NCBI RefSeq assembly: GCF_006345805.1
Contig: NC_043008.1
Span: 29,016,001-29,080,000 of the forward strand
DNA from: Octopus sinensis
Taxonomy: Eukaryota
Reading direction: 5' to 3'
DNA length: 64,000 nucleotides
Shown: piece after piece, positions 56,254 through 64,000 of the stretch
Position numbering within the stretch: the stretch's first letter is position 1
Layout of the letters: each line of letters starts with the position of its first letter
Notes under the pieces: generated by a model
What the model was told of the DNA's origin: nothing
Database searches by the model: none
Seen by the model: only the letters and a program-made list of their open reading frames with translations
Translations under genes and position numbers: made by a program

Positions 56254-56289
<36 letters not shown>

Positions 56290-56293
56290 ATAT

Positions 56294-56343
<50 letters not shown>

Positions 56344-56353
56344 TATATATATA

Positions 56354-56392
<39 letters not shown>

Positions 56393-56594
56393 CATACATA
56401 CACACATATATATATATATACATATACCTTATATATAAATGTAAATTTCTGTATGTGTGTCTGCCCCTCTGTCTGTTACCATTTTATGACAAACCAGGAA
56501 TCTAAAATTCACCAAACTTTGTATACATGTCGAACTAACATCTAGTTCAATTATAGTGGACAATAAAGATTTTGCGACTGGAGTAAAAGCATCT

Positions 56595-58620
56595 GTGTGT
56601 TTTAGACGAAATTGAGATGCTGATACTGAATCTGCACTCAGAATTGTTCTAGCACGTCAGGAGTTTGAGATAAGCACATGCACAAGACTATAACTATACT
56701 TCGGCTAAATATAGGAAATGTTATAAAGTTTGCTAAAATGAAATAGGTCTACATTCAAAATAAAAGAAATAACAGCAATAAAAGAAATTACTTTAAAAAT
56801 ATATCGCGCTGACGAATTGTGTGCGAGAGCCAAATACGTCAGTTTGTTCTTAGTAACTCTCAGTGTCGTTTGAGCTTCCGTCACGTGTGGTATGTGTATC
56901 TCTCGCTCTGCGGGATTACTGTTTTAACTGTGTTCATTGTATTAGATCAGGAATAGGAGAGGCTGTGTGAATCAGCCAGACAACTTTTGTTGTCTGTGTA
57001 AAATTTGCTCCGCTTGACCTGCGGAAGAGTAGTACCGCCAGATTAAAAACTGCCTATAAAAATTATTTCGGGTGTAAAGCAGGGGATCAAGACAAGAGAT
57101 AGATACGTTATATATGCTGCACCGTGTATTACTCAGGGTTTACACAGTGGCTAATGGAAAACAGAAGGTAATGCCTTTTGCTATACCAATGGTATGGCAT
57201 GAGCCAACCAATCATGTGTTTGTTACTTTTGCATGTCTAATATTAATATGTTCTCAAAGAAAATCAAAGCAAAAATTGTTTATGAAGATTATAATATGTC
57301 TCTAAAACCAGCCCCACATGACTTCGATAAACCTGTTCCAGTTTCCCTCTCACATGATTCACTTGAAGACCTTGACACATCGCACAATGAGCCCCCTGAT
57401 TCTCCTATCGATGAAGTGTATGTAATTGGTTCTAAGAAAAATGAACCACGCTTGTTTAACCAAGAAGATGTGAACGATTTAGTAAGAGACCTAGCATTTC
57501 CAAAGAAGGAAGACGTTTTGATGCAGACTACCGCAATGGAATCTCCAACAGCAAAGTACAAAAATTTCCATTTTCTGTTCTTGCCATGAAGTCTTATCTG
57601 TCTTTTTGAAGTAAGAAAATAGCGCTTGTTTGTGTACAGACGTTAATGCAATCATGCAAAAACTAGCACGCATGATTTACGAATGGAAATTGTTTAGACT
57701 CTAGTAAGTCTAGCCTCACAGATGTGTTGTTACATAATGGTAATGAAAAGCTTAGCATTCCTATGGGTCATATTGTCGGTATGGAAGAAACTTATGATTC
57801 GATTGAACTTATTCTGAAAAGAGTTAATTACTCAGTTCATAAGTGAAATATTTGTGGTAATTTAAAGGTGATTTCTATCCTCTTGGGACTGCAGCTAGGA
57901 TATACCAAAAATATGTGCTTCTTGTGTGTTTAAATTAGCCGTGACGACAGCAATCATTACACTGTACAAGACAGGCCTAAGAGAGATGAGCGCATAGTTT
58001 GTCGGTACAATGTGCCACTGGTAGACCGCAAAAGATATTCTTTCCACGCTTTCAAATCAAACTCGGCCTCATGGAAAGGTTCGTAAACGCAATGACACAT
58101 GATGGTTGTGACTTCCACTACTTCAAAGTAAATTTTGGTGCAGAGAAAATTGACGCAAAGCCGAGAGCAGACATTTTCATTAGACCCGAGATGAAAGAAT
58201 TGATATCTGATTCAGAGGTAAACTGAATTCGGTTGAGCCGACGGCATGGGATGTATTCGTGTTAGTTGTAAAGAACTTTCTTGGAGCTGAAATCTATGCT
58301 GATTTAATAAAAAAACACCCTCACAGCGTATGAAAAAATGGGATGCCGAATGACCTTAAAATGCACTTCTTGCATTCGAATCTCCATTGTATTTCCAACG
58401 AAACGTGGTGCTATTAGTGATGAGCATGGTGGGGCTGTTCTACCAGAACACATCTGAGATAGAAACTAGGCATCTAAGCCAGTTCACACATGATGGGTGA
58501 CTACTGCAGCTTCCTACAACGGGAGACATGCACTAAGATGTCTGAGCTGAGCATATAACAAAAGTAACGTGAGTATTCCCTTAACATAAATATACTATAA
58601 ACCATTATATTATAATACTG
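56595..58620 (+). mobile_element. Decayed DNA transposon, probably CMC/Chapaev3-type transposase
   Basis: Fragments YKNYFGCKAGDQDK, MPFAIPMVWHEPTNH, EPRLFNQEDVNDLVRDL, IKLGLMERFVNA and GAISDEHG across frames. The family name is recalled, not searched. Confidence 0.65.
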
Positions 58621-58966
58621 TTTGCCTTGAACATAAGTATACTATATACAGCCCAAATATACTATTAAAACAATTATTTACCATGAACTTAACTGTTCCT
58701 GATGAATGGCCACTCTTGTATAGGAATTTCGGAACTGCAGCACTCCCTATTTACACTCGATATTATAGCAAACGTTCAATTTAACGAGTCCTTTTTCCTT
58801 TAATTCTCGCTTTATACTTGTACGTTATATAATACTTAAGCTTTATGTCAATATTTATGAACAAAGACAGCAGTCCTTGTATAGAACTGTGTGCTTCACA
58901 GTTCCAGTAACGTGGTGTTTAGCTGCTGCGTGCATGCTCACATGTCCGAGATAGGAAGCTTCACAC

Positions 58967-58999
<33 letters not shown>

Positions 59000-59786
59000 C
59001 ACTGCGTAAACGCTATGTGCCGACTTCGATGTCCCTGTGAAAGGTAGTGTTTCTTTATGATTTCACATTTGTTGTTCTCAAAATGTGATAAAGTGGAGAT
59101 TTATATTATTATCCTAGTTCCAGCTTCAGCGTTGCTGCCAGTATTTGAAAAATAGGGCACATTCCCAGCCATATTTTGTGACTTGAGGAGGATTTTTCGA
59201 AAACAAGGGCGAATTCGCGGCAGTGTTCAGTGAACAAGTTAAACACACTACCCAGCAGTGGCTAAAACGGGAAGCGATCAAGTTTATGTATAAATTATCT
59301 TTTTATATGTTTGTTTACTTTTACACAATATTAAAACGACGGCTAAAAATTTTCTGAAGCGGCACCCCCACTAATTTTATTTACGAGCCGTCAATGTTCC
59401 TTATACTCATATAATATTAATATATAATTATGCACATAAGTCAACATCCTGACGTGCTACAACAATTTTCAAGTCAAATTCAGAATCAACGTACTCGACT
59501 TAGTAGTATAACCTCATTTGTCTGGGTAGCAGACAATTATTATTTGTATGTGTGTTGCCCAGTCTCATTGGCTAATTGGATTTCAATAAAAAATTATAAT
59601 TGATCGACTATGGAGTTTAGGCTATTACATGATAAAATGGGGGGAGTGCAAACGTCATGGGCTCAGGAAAATGTGACATAACGAGGGTACAAAAATTGAG
59701 GACACTTGAGGAGATAGACACGGAATGTGAGAGACAGATAAAGAGAACGACAATCAGGAACATTTCGATATGTATAAAAGGGAGTT

Positions 59787-59852
<66 letters not shown>

Positions 59853-60112
59853 CGCGCGTGCATATCTTCCGTATGCATTTGAAAACTGGCGTATAAGGTA
59901 TCAAAGGATTCATTAATCTTACGACTACTGAAATAACTTTATTTTCATTTACATATTTGCATTACAAAAGTTTTACATTCTAAACTTTTCGATAAGTAAA
60001 CATCGTAAAATTTCATACCACAACCGCAACAGCTTCGATGACGTCACATATTCTATATGTGTGTGTACCATAGAGTCTCTTCACATGTTGTGAAGAAATA
60101 ATATCAGTCACT

Positions 60113-60148
<36 letters not shown>

Positions 60149-61659
60149 TGCAAACGCACACATATATAGAAAATGATGTATGCATATGTATTTACCTATG
60201 ACTATATGAAAGATGTGTGATAGAGAGCGAGATACAGTGTGATTGCCAGATACACTTACATAACAACACACACATTCACTCACTCACACATACGCGTCCA
60301 TTTCCTATATACGTATATACATCTTTCGCTCTCTCCTCTTTTTCACTTTCTGCTCTCACTTCAAAGGAAATGTCGCGGTTACCCTTTCTCTTTCAATATC
60401 TGCTTCTTCATATCATAAAGAATATTTTAAAATTAAGAAAATTAAAGCCTACATTCGAAAACTGAGTTGCTGATGTTAACGTGTGGAACTTCAAAAGATT
60501 CAGTAATCTTTCGGCTAACAAATTAACTTTCTCTTCATTTATCTATTTACATTACAAAAATATAACATTATCATCTTTCTATAATTCAACTATCCTAAAC
60601 GACATTTTATACCACGACGACAACGCCGTCTAATTTTCTATATGAGCGTGTACCTTAAAATACATCCATTTCTCGATATGTTATCTGGAAACACAGTCAC
60701 TCACATTATGTCTCACACGCACACGCACACATACATATAAAAATGTATTTATATATATGTATGCAAGTGTATGAATGATAATGTGCTTTTATCTGTGAGA
60801 GATAGAGAGAGTTAGAAACAGAAAGAGTGAGCGCCACTTACATATACATGCAAAAAAGTACATACATGGTAACACACGCCTTCAGACACACTTTCTCTAT
60901 TTCTCTCTCTTTTTCTCTCACATACACATACACTACACGCACGCACACATGCACACGCGCAGGTCCATTTCATATACACGTATATACATCTTTCACTTTC
61001 TCCTTTCTTCAACTTTCTGCAGTCACTTCACAGCAAATGTAGCCTTTTCACTTTTCGCTCTCTTTCAATGTCTGCTCCCTTCAAAACATTTACAGAAATT
61101 AAAGAACAATCATATGATCGATTTGACAACTTTCTTGATTCAAACGAAAAAATACCATAAAATAACTTCCTTTCATACACACAAACACGCGCACACAGAC
61201 ACTCATACACACACATTTATGACGTTTACTCAATGTATTTCTAAGTTATATATCCCATCTTTAAAAAAAATATTCATCCTTTGCTATGATGAACTATCCG
61301 AATGCATCTAAGAATGTTTTATTGTCTATGAAAAGCTCAAGATGCTTAAATAAGTCGTGATCAGTAGGAGAGATATGAGGGGAAAAGGCAGAATGTTGCA
61401 AAATCTCATAATTCAGGATTTGCAGCTTTTGGACTTGAGGAGTGTGAGGACGTCATTCTTGTGGAGCTAATTGGGCCATGTCTATTCCGGGTTGCTTCTT
61501 TTTCAAATTCTTATGCATACAATCGATTGGCAATTCGATGCTGCTGTTAGCGTTTTGCCTTGTTGCAAAAATAAATAATGAATAACTTCCTTCGCAGACA
61601 ACCATACATTGACATCTAACATTTTAGCGTGCAATGGTGGGTTTGGGTAGTATTTATGT

Positions 61660-62230
61660 GACTCTCCTGCATCTAATTATTGTCATGTTCTCCTGCCATT
61701 GTCAAAGAATATGCATTCTCATCACAAATAATGATTTGATGCAAAAATGGTCTTTTTCCTATCGTGAAAGCAATAAGGAGCACACCTAGAAGCGTCTGTT
61801 TCTTTTTCTTCTTTTTTTTTGAGTGGGGGATCTTGTTCAGTTGATGTGGAACAAACGTAAGCATTTTCTTGAGTTTTCCAATTTTTTTACAGGTGTTAAA
61901 ATGCAGTTGTGCGAGATATCTTGAGTTCTGATGAAAGTTTTTGAAACTTTGTTTTCGGATTTTTTTCAAGCAAAGCATACTAAAAAACTGATGTTTGCCT
62001 ACCCCTTGGTTTATTGTTAAGGCTATCATATCATGAGTGTGAGCTTTGGAACTATCTATGATCAGTTCTGATGTCAAAACTTCCATTACCAAAGGCTCGC
62101 TTGATATTCCATAGAGCATCTGCGGCAGAGTGACCCAGTTTGTACTCATACGAGAATATCGCTCAACATACTTTGGTTGTTATCATTTTCATAATTTCTG
62201 TGGGTACAAAGTTTCTATACTGATATTGTT
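61660..62230 (-). mobile_element. mariner transposase N-terminal and first-Asp fragment
   Basis: Translates to IGKLKKMLTFVPHQL and FLHQIIICDE. Confidence 0.8.
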
Positions 62231-62329
62231 GGGAAACAAAAAGCGTCAAGATTAAATGCAAGGTATACATAATTGAGTTTTTAAATGACTGAAGTAACAA
62301 GTAATTAAAAATGCGACATTTCTTTTGAA

Positions 62330-62830
62330 GCAGCTAAATATTATCAGCAATCCTCCCACAATTAATAAAATACATAAGAACAGAGAAAAGAAATTTATCT
62401 TGCATAATCTCTCATTCAGTATACAAGTCTCCCCTCTACTAGCTAAATCGTTTTTCAAAATACTGCACAAAACTCTTCCTCCGCAACCACAAGGATTCAA
62501 ACACAAGTGTTACAATCACAAAGTAAAACTGTAATACCAATAAACCTGAAAAAATTATAGCCAACTACAACCACCATAAATTGTCAAAAATCAAAAACCT
62601 TAACCACATACACAATAACAATTCCAATCATAGAACACCTTCATCCTGCCCTGTAGAAGAAAACTGTCTCTCAACACATATCGAATATTGCCAAACGATA
62701 GCCAAAATGGCACTACTTATTATATCTATATAAATGGGATCTACAGCAAATCAGTTCAAGACAACATATACCCGACATACGCCCACTTTTGCCAACGAAA
62801 ACAGGAAAGAAAGAATCCCTATACAGGAAT
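62330..62830 (+). mobile_element. PLE C-terminal / GIY-YIG fragment, decayed
   Basis: LAKSFFKILHK and CPVEENCLSTHIEY..GSTANQFK. Confidence 0.55.
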
Positions 62831-62976
62831 CAAATTGCTTATAGAAAAATGAACAGCAAAAGAGAAATGTATAAATATAATCATTATTCATTACTCAAAT
62901 ACAGTTGTTAAAATCATAGCACGTGTCTTTCTATCCTAACAAAACCATAACATTCCTGACTAAGAACCCCAAACTA

Positions 62977-63094
62977 CCTTACGGCCATATCACATTGAAA
63001 GCACCGGTTCTTGTCCGATCCCCGAAGTTAAGCAACGTCGAACCTAGTTAGTACTTACATGGGTTACCGCTTGGGAAACCTAAGTGCTGTAAGC
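62977..63094 (+). pseudogene. 5S rRNA-like sequence (118 nt, diverged)
   Basis: CCTTACGGCCATATCACATTGAAAGCACCGGTTCTTGTCCGATCCCCGAAGTTAAGCAACGTCG..GTTAGTACTT..GGGAAACC..GTGCTGTAAGC matches the metazoan 5S layout. The C-box region is mutated and there is no oligo-T terminator. Confidence 0.88.
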
Positions 63095-63109
63095 GTCACA
63101 CAATTTTAA

Positions 63110-63175
63110 ATGGCGGTGCCCCAGCATGACCACAGCTCATGAGCTGAAACTAGATGAAATAAAATAGATATCTTA
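63110..63175 (+). mobile_element. SINE-type 3' tail directly downstream of the 5S-like head
   Basis: GGCGGTGCCCCAGCATGACCACAGCTC..CTGAAACTAG resembles the family A tail GGCGGTGCTCCAGCATGGCCGCAGTC..CTGAAACAAG. Confidence 0.7.
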
Positions 63176-63793
63176 AATAACAACACGTAAAGAAATAACC
63201 AGCCTAATTTACATCCTAACTACATTCCTTTAAGAGAAACTGTTGACAGATTCAATTACAAAAGGCTTAAATACCGGACGTTTTAAATTTGACCATTACA
63301 TTGTCAAATCAAAAACGATTAAATCCAATAATGTGAAAATCAAAAGAAATATTGTCACACATTTTGAACACGTAACAAAAGAGAAACAACTACATGCTTG
63401 TTTACAAATTTCTACATGCACAAATAACCTCTGATGGATAACATTATCCCAAATTTAATCAGTCAATATTTTTCCCCAAAAGCGTTCTCATAACAACCAA
63501 ACATAAAAATCTAATTACCACGTCACTCAAACTCAGACACCCAATGATGATTTTAACCTCAGACTATATAAAGGCAAAGCTAACGCCGATGCTTCGTAGT
63601 CCGATAATGGTTTAACACGTCGAAACATTCTTGTTTAGAAAAAATGTATATATGTTCATATATATATATATATATATACTCATAAATCGATACATATATA
63701 GACGTACACACAAACGCTCTCTCTCTCACAGATGCACACACACACACATGTATATATATATATGTATATATATATACATACGTACATGCATAC

Positions 63794-63835
<42 letters not shown>

Positions 63836-64000
63836 CCTCACACATACACATGCCTGCGATTACGAAAGCATCTACATATGTGTTCATACGTATGTCCCTG
63901 TATATACCTACTACATATACCTAATGATTCCAGTGACATTATACCACTAGTAACAATGTAATTCGTTTGAACTTACATATTGAACATTGTAGCTTGATAA

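Noticed and set aside
60200-61120. Diverged direct repeat (about 60200-60450 versus 60830-61120)
   Set aside because: Low-complexity, old and without coding or structural signal.

Overview
AT-rich eukaryotic genomic DNA. The SINE families and heavy (TA)n/(GATA)n/(CA)n load suggest an octopus or other cephalopod (inference). The window is almost entirely decayed mobile elements: Tx1-like LINEs, a HERO/R2-superfamily element, CR1- and RTE-like fragments, several Penelope-like (PLE) fragments, mariner, a Chapaev3-like transposase relic, Helitron-like and MITE-like elements, and about 10 tRNA-derived SINE copies. No intact protein-coding gene is visible; two candidate isolated exons lie at 11157-11295 and 42257-42469. 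Most ORF-track entries are microsatellite or antisense artefacts. Main findings: (1) two independent Tx1-like insertions break the tRNA-derived head of the same SINE family at the same position, suggesting a SINE/tRNA-targeting retrotransposon; one of them is an ORF1-only (HAL1-like) derivative with a degenerate TSD. (2) Several hammerhead ribozyme folds sit in inverted-repeat or fold-back structures of probable PLE origin. (3) A 5S rRNA-like sequence is joined to a SINE-type tail (SINE3-like chimera). (4) There is a near-identical 1.36-kb tandem duplication bounded by compound microsatellites. All alignments and folds were done by eye and element boundaries are approximate.
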